DNA of 64,000 nt from Paragordius varius. Taxonomy: Eukaryota; Animalia; Nematomorpha. Made by a program: the position numbers and the translations under genes. The notes beneath the pieces are model-generated. The model did no database searches and was not told the DNA's origin. It worked only from the letters and a program-made list of their open reading frames with translations. Shown here piece after piece: positions 38,265 through 51,100 of the stretch (positions are counted from its first letter, which is position 1; the number at the start of each line of letters is the position of its first letter). Location of the stretch: contig OZ176050.1 in assembly GCA_964247055.1 (NCBI GenBank), positions 12,710,001-12,774,000 on the forward strand, in the 5' to 3' direction.

Positions 38265-39152
38265 TTAATTCAAATAATTAAATATATTTTTTATCAATTA
38301 AAATTTATATTGCAAAAATATTAGAAGGACACACACGCACATATGAAATATAAATTTTTTTTTGATTTTATAGCTAACACATGTTATACGAAAAATATAA
38401 AATATGATATATTTTTTAAATTTAGATACGAATTAAAAAACGACAAACTACTTAATCGAAAAAGCAGCCACATTATTTTAAACCTATCCACTACAATACA
38501 GTTATTCTAAGTCAATTGAATTCTCCGAAGGATCTCAATTAAAACATTATTCCCCCCTAAATATCCAAATACTAAACAAACATGACTCATCAATACAAAC
38601 TCGTGTATATATATATCCATAAATATTTTTAATCTGACGCGAGATTAAAGGAAAAAACTTTTGAAAAAATCATCAAAAGGGTCAATAATTTATTCATCTC
38701 TTGTTTTTTAGTTTTTGTGTTTTGGGACAAAGGAAATACACAAAACAACAATAAGATAATAACATTTTTTACCATTACACATTTATATAATCTTTGTCAC
38801 CAAAAACGCCACCACGGATATACATTAGCCCTATTCTTTTATTTTACAACCATTATTTTTCCCTAGTTTGAAAAAAAAACTTTCAAAAGAGTTAATTATG
38901 TCAAAATCTTTAATATCTGTTAGTACACTTAAAATGACAACCTATTCATCATTTTGGTTTTTAGAAAACACCATATTTTGCTAAAATAAGTATAGTTAAT
39001 AATTTTGCTGAGATTTGATAAAATGGAAATTTTACCCCATATATCCGTATTATGTTATTCTCATTTATTCCGCTTATTATTGCCATATTTGACGCCACCA
39101 GCCTTATTATACTAATTGTTAAAAATTGGTGAAACAATCACTTGCGAAAACA

Positions 39153-42100
39153 ATGTTGTATCAGACAATAAAAACGGCAAACCTATCACAAAAATATTTC
39201 CTTCTCACATTCATAGCTCTATGCTTTATTCAAATACCATGGACATATTCAAGTAAGATTTTAAAATTATAATATAAAAATGACTCTTAAGCGACTTTAG
39301 GGTTTAGATAGACATTTTTACCATTATATATATATATATATATATTATATATATGAAATGGTTAATAAAGGATGTAATGAGTGGGTCTTTTTTAAATTTA
39401 AACACTTTCAAAAAGTGTGCATGTTATCTAAAAATAGCGCATACATTTTTGCATATGTTTTTTTAAACTTATCCTTTTTTTAAAGCTTGTTTGTATGCAT
39501 ATAGTAAACAAAGCAGTACCAATTTGTTTATTATCATTTAACTTATGTAATGTGCTAATTCACGCTTATTTATTCCACCAATAATAATCATTATTCATTT
39601 TTGACGGCATTCCGCGTTAAAAACAACATTTATATTTATGCCAATATAAAAACTTAAACTTTTTAACAGAGGAAGGGTAAAATCATTGGTTAGCATTATC
39701 AGTATTTTACCTCGCCAATTTTTTATATTCTTCACAATATCCATTTATCTACCTAACTATTCATATTTTTACTACATGCTTTATGTACAACATAAATGTT
39801 AAAATATCATTCATTACAATCCCTCGAGCATTATTTTGCATTCATTTTTTTTTGTTTTTATACTTACAAAAATGCTGCTTGCTAGGCTAATATACATTAT
39901 TTTTATTTACATTGTCTGTTTGTTGTGTTAGGCAGCATATATGAAATGATATACGATATTTACGGTTTTTTATAAATATAAATTCTATTATATGCTCTTA
40001 AACTCATTGTATCATCACCCTTAGTTCGCCTCTCGTATGATTTTCATAAAAAATTCACTGTACATGCATTTTTCAAAATTGTTAACTAATTACTGATTTG
40101 TTTGGCGAAAAAACTTGCCTTCAAAAATGCATAAATTTTGAACTTAGCCAATCAATATATACAGTGTGGTCTGAGCAGATCATATCTGCATGGATCCCCA
40201 TTTAAACCATTCAAATTTGGCTGATGAGAGCCATGGATTAATTGAAAATCTCCAAAACGACGATAAGAATCAAAGTATTGCTGGAAATCATAGCCATATT
40301 CTATACAAATCTGATTCATACACACAACAAAATAATGGTATCAAAGTTAATTTTACTGCTAAAGATAAAAAATCCAATAATTATTCACCCAATAATGGGC
40401 ATCGTTTTCACTTTCGGAACCCCTTTAAAAAGCGTATATTACGACGCCCAACAACACAACTGAAGAAAACTCTTCAACACAATGCCAAATATCAACCCGT
40501 TCAAAACTCAAAGGTTATCATCCATCATAAAACGACATTGCCAACTATTGAACGTAAAAAGCTACCACATAAGTATTGTTACTCCTTGCCTTCGCTTCAT
40601 TCCTCCTACTTTGTCAATAATACCCACATCCCGAGTTTCGATAATTTTGGAGGTTCATTTTATTTACCCATAAGGGAGGAAAAAACACGTAACTTTGCTG
40701 CCAGTCTTGATTTCTTGAGGTTAGCTTTGCTTAAAATTCTCGGTTTTTGTATTCCATACTGCCAAAACTTGTATGAAGAAAAACTTGAATCTGTCTCAAG
40801 TAGCAGTTCGGAAGAATCTTTTATCCAAACAAAACCGGAAAAAGGAAAAACAGGTGATCAGCAGGTTGAGGCAGACGATGATGAATCCTCGATTGATATA
40901 ACTAAACCACCCAAGGATACATGTTTTGATGTACGCGATAAAGCCTTGTGTCTTTCCATATTTGCCATAGTTTGCATTTTACTCCAGCTCCCCATTTTCG
41001 TCTACAAAGTGGGTATTCATAATGCCAACACCGTCAACTCGTCTTTAAACCTATCGACAACAAATAATATTTCTTTTCCTTATAAAAATTATTCGATACT
41101 ACCCATTTGGGCATTTCAAAATCAAACCAAAAATTTTCTGCCACATAACAATAATGTATCATTTAGTTCGGCTTTTAACCCAACCAAATTCCTTAATGCG
41201 AAATCCACGTGAATAAAGCTATTGTGTAGGGGATGATGTTTTCTTTCATGGATTCATTTTTTTGTCAAAACTGTGATAAAGTTTTCGAAAACAAAATATC
41301 GTTTTTTGAAACAAAGTTTCATGTCTCTTCATTCACGAATATTAAAGTGTGGACGACATGGACACCTGCTGTGAAGAATCAATGGCCCCTAAGCCTATTT
41401 TAGCATTTTGACTTTTAAAATTGATTATCTTTACTTAATTATTATGCAAAAAAGATTGTAAAAACCATATATTAACAATTTGAAAACGCACAAAAATATC
41501 GCCACCCTATTTAAAAATCTCATCACCTCTTATTTTTTTGTTCTATCTTTCACTTATTAGTAATTTTATATTTTAATCATTCATAACTTAAGCACACACA
41601 CACCTAAATATTTGCTCACAATCTTCAAAGTCATGCCTTTTTTTATTATTCACATTATATTTACGTTATTACATTTTCTTGTCATATTACTATTAGTCAA
41701 AAACGAAATGCTGCATTCTCCTATTATTATTATTAGAATAGTTTTTAGACAATAAATGTACAGGTATTAAACATAATTACCCTTACGGGTCTTTTTATTA
41801 ATGAATAGAGAAGTTCTGAATTTATAAGGGCTCCAAATCATTAGTGGTTAACATAAATGGCTTCGTGGATTACATTTTCAGCTCAAAAAATGGCGGGCCG
41901 CATAAAAGATAACCAATGGACATTAATAGATATTTTAGTATATCTACAACATGGGACTTTAAAAAATTACGAAAACCTATATGTCTTCTAATTATTTAAT
42001 TTCATTGATTCGGTTTGAAAAAATAGACAAGATTTGCCTACATTTTTAAACATCAATAAGTTTAATTATTTGTTACAAAAAATGAGAATCTAATTATTTT

Positions 42101-45100
42101 TACTAATTTCGTCTATAAATTTGAATGATTATTTTGACCTTAAAAAACTCTTATTTTAAATAATGATATATATTTTTATTTTACTTGATTTTAAATTATT
42201 AACTGATATATTTGTTTTTTTTTTTCAAGTTTTTTCGCGGGTCATAATAATGTTACTCGGAACCTCTGCTTTGAATTTTTTGTCCGCCAATTATACAAGG
42301 CTATAAAATTGAATGTTGTTTTTTTAATTAAAGATAAAACAAAATGCGCTTAGGTATTTAAACTTTAAATTCTCTCAGAAATGAATTATATTCGATTCAA
42401 TTTTACCTTTTCTTCTTTTTATACGCTTTACAATTAATTTTTATATTAATAATGTTTTTACTTTTGATTTTTACTGCATTTGGCCAAGACATGTTCTTTT
42501 ATATCAGGGGCCAAAAACCTACGAAACTTTATGTGCGGCCCTCGAAAAATTTAGAAATTTAAAATTTACAGATATCACAAAATCTAAGGTTGTATTGTTT
42601 CTCAAACACAATTTTTTTGAATAAGTTTTTCCGATATGCAAAATTTATTATAAAAATTTGTTATATCGTGTTTGCATTTTACATTATATTTTACATTAAA
42701 TTATTTATGAAAGCCCTTATATATTATAATGCGGCCCGCGGCGAAGCCATTTGTGTCGGACATCCCAGCTATAAACACTCATTAATTAATTATTTATAAA
42801 ATGGATTTCAAATCTGTTTTCAAGTCTAAAAGATAGATTTTTAATTAATATGTTTGAAAAACTGCGCTTTGTAAAATTATAAGGCTCGTTATTAGTAAAT
42901 AGAGTGTAGGTAAATATACATAAAATTTTCATTAAATATTGCCAGGATAGCATCATATACAAGATCATTATCTTTGATTAAGAGCAGTAAAAATTAAAAA
43001 ATAAATTTTAAGCCAATACTGTTTCTATTTGTTCTATATGCTATTTAGCAATAATTAATGAAAGACTGACAATATATATATATATACTTAGCCAAATTCA
43101 AATTATAAATAATAAAACTGACATCTGCAATCACGCGATGAAACAATATTCTGCAAACATATTCATAAGAGGCGAGCACCTATTTTTATATGCATTAACA
43201 AAAAATCAGACTTTAGAGTTCTAATATTTTCAATAAATATTTTAAAACTGTTAAATAGTGATAATGTCACCCAAAAAATTTAACTATACTAAATTGTATT
43301 TATCTAAGGATATACAGTCAAAAATCACGTTTTAAAACATAGGACATTAATTTTTCAAAATGAAATATATTTAAAAAGACAAAGGTCCTGCCCAGTTATA
43401 GTAATATTCTAATGTTAAACAATGCTTTAGTATTTTTATCAATTATTTTGGTAGTTCGTTTAAGGTATTGCTAAATTATTATAAAAAACTCCAGCATTTG
43501 TTGTTAAAAAATCCATTTTAGAGGTTCTGTGAGTATAATGTTTGAATCGCTCAATATTTATAAATTATATAGAGTATCGATAATTAGATTTTAGTTTAAA
43601 AATTAATACTACCATTCAATTTATATCTAAACTTTAATATATGTAGTTGCCTATAACACTAGACAACAAATTTTAACTTTTTTAACTGCCATTCTTGTGA
43701 ATTTAAAATTTATTTCATTAAAGTACATAATTAGTATATCTGCAACGAAATTTGGTCCTACATGAAAGAATTTTTTTATATTAGAGTTTATCGATAATTT
43801 TTGGCCCCGATTTAACGTTAAACTCGAAATTTCATAAATTTAAAGTTTTAGATATGAAGCCATGTATTTTATATCATTCGAAAGAGCGCAAAAAACTGTT
43901 TTAAATGGTAGTAAGACATTTAAATCAATCGGATGTAAAAGTTATTAGGATTTAAATGGTCGAAATTTTTAATCCTTAAATAAGTCAAGAATTTTCACAG
44001 ACAAATTAATTTGAAAATCATTTAAATTATATTAATATTAATATTAGGGTTATATTAGTATTTAATTTAAAAAAAATGTTTGGAAAAGCTTTTGGTTTGC
44101 TTTTTTAATAAAAATTATTATTATCATAAATAGTTTACCTAGTGGATACTAAAATGCATAGTTGTAACTGTAAATTTATTACATAATGGCAATAAAAGAT
44201 CAAAAATACCTTAAACTTTGTTTTTACCTTTAAATTTTCGAAATTATCAGCCTTGTAAAGAAAATATATTAATATTGATGAGATGGTAATTTTTAAAAAA
44301 CAAAAAACTTAAAAATGGCTGTTTTGAGTGACATAAAAGCAATAAAAAATGTTTTAATAAAAAAAAACTTTCTTGTGTTATCTTTTTTGGACATTCTTCA
44401 CCATCTAAACAAAGTTTGAGCTATTTTCATCCATTAGTTTTAAAAATATAACAATTAAAAAAATGCTCTCGCTTCGCGTGTTTGTCGCTCTTTGTGTCCA
44501 ATATTAACTGTCGATGTAATACATATTAGTATACATTTAATAGAGTTTTTAATACTCTTTCGAATGATATATTACAAATGGGCATTACTTGTATATTTTC
44601 AAAGAAAAACATTTTTTAGTAAAATTTTGATAAAGAGGGCGCATAATCTAAAAAATCAAATTATACAAAATTCTTCCAACGAGTTATAATTTTATTTCAG
44701 ATTTACTGTTAAAATGATATTAAATATCAAAAAATGCAAAAAACTCGAGTGGCAGAAAAATTTGTTGTCTAGTGTAATACAATATGCATTTTAATCGTTC
44801 CTTATTACACACTATAGTAGGGCAATTTGCAACACAGTAGTGTATGGAAAAAACTACAAAATGTTTTTTTCCATACACTACTGTGTTGCAAACCATTAAA
44901 ATGCATACTGTATTTTATATAACGATTTAATTCATTACAATGATATCTAATATGTGGTTACCAATATTAAACAAATATAGACATATCAAAATTTATTTCT
45001 ATTGCATATTTATATTTGATTATTTCTCTTTTAATATACTTTATATTTTAGTTACATCACCACCGAGTTTTATCAAAGAGCCACCCCATGAATTAATATA

Positions 45101-48100
45101 CGATAGCCGAATCCTGGTAACGTTAGAGTGTGTTGCTGAAGGCGAACCGGAACCCAAGTATACTACTATTTCATATTCAAATCTCCCCTTTTCCGCAATT
45201 TACAGTAAAAACTGAAATTATACAGACAACGTAAAAATATAAAGACAAATATTTTTTTCTAAAATACAACCATACTTTTTACATCTATTTCAATATTACT
45301 AACTCATTGTTTTAAATGGCAAAGTGTGAAATAGAGATATAAATTACTAAAACAATCAATTCTATATATTACAATTGTAAATAAATAGCTTATATAGGAA
45401 AAAGTAAGGTATATTAAAAGTTTGGTTGTTTTTTAGATAAAAATATTAGTCTTTACATTTTTACGTTTTGTTCTTATAATTTTAGTTGTTTCTGTATTAT
45501 TTTACAGTTTAATTCAAATTAGTTAGAACTTTAAACTATATGTAACCTAGCAACACGGGCAGTTTTCTTAATCTAAATTCATGCCTTTCCATAATAATAA
45601 AATTAAATTTAAGCCACAGTTTTAGTTTGTAGAAAAAATAAAAATATCCTGTTTTTTTAGTTTACTACGGCTAAAATATAAATTAATCTTTTTATTAAAT
45701 ATAATCAGTAATAGGAAAGAAAGAAAATATAGAACATTTAATGTTACATTATAGAATAAAAAATATTAAGTCAACGATTTGGTCGAATTTTTTTTCTGCC
45801 TGAAAATGTTATATATGGAATCTTTACACTCCATACTTTAATGTATATATTGGATGATTACGTTTGCATCGAAAATTGATACGTTACAAAATATTATAAT
45901 TTAGTAACACATATTATGTTTCTAAATTACAAAATACAACAGCATTATTTTGATTTGCAGATATTATTGGACAAAAAATACGTTAAAATATGATCCCTCA
46001 GCCAATGAAGGCCGTGTCATTATGGTTTCATCGAAAGGAACTTTAACCATCACACGCCCCGTGTATGATGATGAAGGCATATACCAATGTTTTGCAACTA
46101 ATCAATATGGCACGGCGGTTAGTAATGCAGTACGACTCTTGTATGCACGTAAGTGGTTTTTTTAAACTTTAGATTTGGTCTTTTTTATGTATTTGCTATT
46201 AAAGAGATGATGGGTTTTGTCTAAATAATAAAGAGTTATAGTGGTATGATTATAACCAGTGATTTACTAATAAGTTATTACTAAAACATCAACTAATTAA
46301 TCACATAGTGTTTATAATGTATTTATGACAATCCATAAAAAAGTATGAATTTTTAGTTTTGTACCAATATGATATACTACGTAATATACCTACCATTTGC
46401 ACATCACCCTTGAACAATTTAAATCCACTCTAAATTAAATTATGTGTTTTTTGAGATTAAAAATTACCCTAATTTTATAATATTTTTAAAACATAAAATT
46501 CTGTTTAAAATTAATATAATGCTGAAAAATTAATAAACTATGTCGTAAAAATATATTTTATATTAATGATGAGTTATATTATCCCGAACACAATTTATTT
46601 TTAGGGAGAAGAATTTTTTAAGGATGAATTTGAATTATATATGGTATCATTTGCTTATGGTTAATAACGTTTCAAATAATGATCCCTATTCCTTCCATAA
46701 TTGCAATTCAACCAAACTTTAATTTGGAGATTTATAGTTTTATATTTAGACGATTGTAATATATGATTATTAGCTTATGGTGTAATCTGCTTATAATAAA
46801 AAGAAAATAAGGTGTTGTACGTGTAAACAATGTTAGTACTGTAAATTGTTAAAGTGTATATTTTGAATATGATAACCTAATAAACTTGATTGTTCAAGCT
46901 TAACTTTTTAATAAATAAAGGTTTCATTTTAAAAAAATACCCTATCTCAATGTATACACTTGATTGTTGACTCAAAGTATTATTTAAGTTTAGAAAAAAG
47001 TTATGATTAATATAAGGGGGTTTGGAAATGCTTGTATATGCAGTAATCCATGGTCAAACCCAGTCAATTAATTCCTTAAAGGAATTATATGTTATAACCA
47101 AATAAAATCAAAACGAATTTCTCATAATGCCATTGATAGTGTTGATACAACCATATTAAAAATTGACGAAAATACTAAAATAGTTATTAGTTTATTGTTT
47201 CTTATCACCTGGAGAACATATCTAAGACGGTGTAAAATAAAAAAACTCTAAGTATAAACTTATATTTTTAAAATGCTTAATTAATTGGTCTTGGCACATC
47301 GATAAAAATTATTCATACACTTAATTATAAAAGATATAAAGTTTGTTTACTAAGTTAAATATTTTCGCTTTATTTTTTATGTCAAAAATTTTGTGATATG
47401 TAAATATATAACCCTTAATGGTATACTTTTGAGCGTTATTATAGTGTTCTCTATTAAATATATATAAATTTAAATATACCTAATTATTATCAAAATATTT
47501 AGCTTTTTGTTAAAATATTATTTTATTTTTCAAGAATCACGAAATTGCCAAAATATGTGAAAATATCGATTTTATGTCATGTTTAAACAGAATATATAAT
47601 ATACATGCAATATTATCCTATAGTACTCACGCTATTTTTATTATATATGGACCTAAAAAATTATTTTTTAAAGAGGAAAAGGATATATCATACCATTAAT
47701 ATTTTTAAAAGATTCTCCATTCTGTCGTCCTAGTATTATCTAGTCTAATACCTGAAATTTTCATGAAAACAACTACATAATAAACTATATTAGTAATATT
47801 TTAACTTCTATAAAATGATAAACAAAATTTTAACATTACAAACTAATGTGGTATGAAATTTAAAATCAACAACATATAAGTTAATTTTACAGCAAAATAC
47901 GTACTTTTGAAATTTAGTAGTCTAATAACATAGTTGATCATTAATACTGAATTTTTATAAATTAATCATGAATTTTACTCTATACCTAAGGCTGAATAGG
48001 AAATAACATGTTAAAACGGAAAAGGCATATGTGAAACCAATCTTATTGTATATATAACATAAGTTTGTGGTATAGTATTAATTAACAAAGGTAAAAGACC

Positions 48101-51100
48101 CCACATACCATTAGTGCTGCAATATAATTCTCTACAATTATTTATTTTTCTGACGTTTTAAGTGGTGTTGTTAGGAACCAAAATAAATTTGGTTGTACCT
48201 TTTTCTACTAACGTATTTAATGGTCTAATTATATATAGCTTAAATGCATAGAAGTTTATCGATTAATCAATTTTTGGGAAGGTTGTAAAGGCCATTGGTT
48301 AGTGAAATAACATTAAATGTGTCTAAAAATATATCTTGCAATTAAAATTATCGTATTAAACCTGAAAATTTAGGATACGAAATAGGGTCACAAGATCTAA
48401 ATATGGATATAACAGTTAAGATGTTATAACACAGAAGTTTGATTTTTTCCTCAATCAACCATTTAAATGACCAACTTATAACGAAATTGCTCTTTACGGT
48501 AGACCAGATTCGTGAAATAACGCATTTTATGTGTCTAAAATATATCAAGTGTTTTACTTAGTTATAAAAAATTGAAATTTAAAAGTTATCAAAAGATATA
48601 ATTTTAATTTAGTTTAATTCTCTAAATTAGTTTTAGGACTATATTGTTAAATATAATTTTTTATATGGAAATTTAGGTCTTGAACTGTTCCCGAGTACTG
48701 AACCGGTTAAGGTTGAAGTCAAGAATGGAGATCCATTAACGCTTATGTGTATGCCACCTACTGGAATCCCTACACCACAAGTCTTTTGGTTAAAAGCGGT
48801 AAGCCATTCTCAATTAGTGTGTTCTTTTTGTACTCTCTTATATACAATATAAAAAATTTTTATATTGAAATAAATGTTAATGTTGTGATAATTTTTTACC
48901 CTGGTATAAGTATTTTTGTTTTGCTACTCAGTAATTATCAAGGCATACAATGATAAAAGCACGTGAATCATTTTTATTCACATAAACTTTGTAATTTAAG
49001 CAACTTTATAGAGAACGTATTAATTTTATTCCAAATATTATTAAACGCTCGTTTATTTTTATTAATCCATTTAACATTAATTAACAGTCTTTTTTGTACA
49101 AACGGGGGGACCGCATACTTTTTTTACTAATATACTATTTTTTATTAAACAGTAAAAATGACTAAATTTATGCGTTTTTACTTAATTGATTTGTTCACAA
49201 TAACTAAAAAACACTGTTATCCCATTTATACGCATAAACATGCACAAAATATATCAAAAATGTCATTTTTTTAGTAATAATACAGTAGCGTATGGAGTAA
49301 AACAATATTGGTCTATAATAGAATTAAAAATTGTTTTTTTTTAATAAAACAAGGGGATATTGTAGGATTGTTTTTTTGTGAAAAACATTTTTTTATTCTT
49401 TTATGGACTAATATTGTTCTACTCCATACGTACTGTAATACAACAAAAGAGATATGGTAACAAAATTTTGGCTTTAAACCAATTGAAATACCGCCCTTAC
49501 TATTTTTATCTTGTTAAACCATTCAAATCATCCTTTTACCTTTAAAATTAAGAATTTCCAATTTTTTTTTATTTTAATTTAACTATTTATTCATCGATTC
49601 ATATTCCCTGTAGAATGATTTCAAATGGATCACTTGTTCGAAACGCATTATGCCAGATGATGATGGAAATTTACATTTCGCCTATGTTAATAGTACGGAG
49701 GATGTCCAATTGTTGGGTAATGCCGGCAGTTATGATAGCTCAAACAATAACAGTTATACTTGTATGGCTAATAATCCTACACTCAACACACTCAATCAGG
49801 ATAAATATAACAATCTCATTGTCAAACAACCAAGTACTTTAATCATAGTTTTAGTTTTGTAAAGCTATTTTCTTGTACAAATAAGAAGGAAGGTATTCAA
49901 ATTACTAAAAGATTAAGGCCCCAACGGAAATTTGATGTTTTTTAATTGTGTTTTTAATGGTTACGCCCGAAAGATTAGTAAAATATGCATTAAAGATATT
50001 GGCTATATAGATCTTTTGAGTGGTGATTACATGATTTATTGTCAGGCAAATTTAATTTCTTGTCTTGGATTTATAAATATCAATTTACAATTTAAGTAGT
50101 AAAAAACGAAATATATACTTACTGATGCACTTTATTCAATAATGGCCATGCAACACATTTCGCAAACAGTATTGTAAAGTTAGTTAATAATACGATATAT
50201 TTTATATATATATTGTCACTAATTATCTTATACGCATTTTCTAAAAAACATATTAATCGCTTTCAAAATATTTTTAATTCTTATGTTTTCCTTAGATGAT
50301 CCGATTCCAAACAGACCTCCACAACTTATGTGGACCACATCGGTCAATACTTTAATACTAGAAGGACAAAGGCTAAAGCTTAGATGCATATATAGCGGAT
50401 TGTAAGTTATTTTTTAATTGCTTTTTGAATATTTAAAAGGCCAATGATTATTTTTTTATATTAGCCCCTTTTTACCATTAAAAATGGGAAAATTAATATA
50501 ATACTTTTGATAAAACTATGAAAATATAAAATTATCGGAGGTAGAATATTTAAACTTTTCAAAAACCCCAACCAATTAAATTACACAAACACAAACCAAA
50601 ATAATTTGTGTTTTTGTCCATTTTTCTCCCTTTTTGAAGCGGTTTGTTCACGATTAAAAAATTACCTTCAAAAGATGTATGTATACATTGTCCCAAAAAA
50701 ATGATTAAATTTTTATTAAGTTAAAAAGTATTATAATTTCGTGCAAATAAATTATATAGCCCAGCGCCCGAAATAAGTTGGCGCCGTATTGATGGTTCCG
50801 ATTTCCCTGTCGGTCGTCATTCGTTTGATTGTTTTAATCACGATCTTATCATATATCCCGTGAGGGCCGAAGACCAAGGCCAATATGAGTGTCGCGCTGC
50901 CAATGGGATTGCCCCTGATCAAAAACGTGTTATTCGTGTTAGTGTTGAAGGTTTTATCATTTTGATTTTGATTTTTGAAATGTGCATTTTTGGAAAATCT
51001 TTAATAATTTCCTTTAAGTTATTTTTGTTTGATTGAGCATAGATACCTATTTGACAAATAAATTCCAAAATTAACTTGTATGATTAATTTTTTTCTATTT

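Noticed and set aside
44940-45051. ATG at 44940 as the neuroglian start
   Set aside because: It is AT-rich intron-like sequence ending in a clear TTTTAG acceptor, and a better signal-peptide exon with the matching phase exists at 39153-39252.
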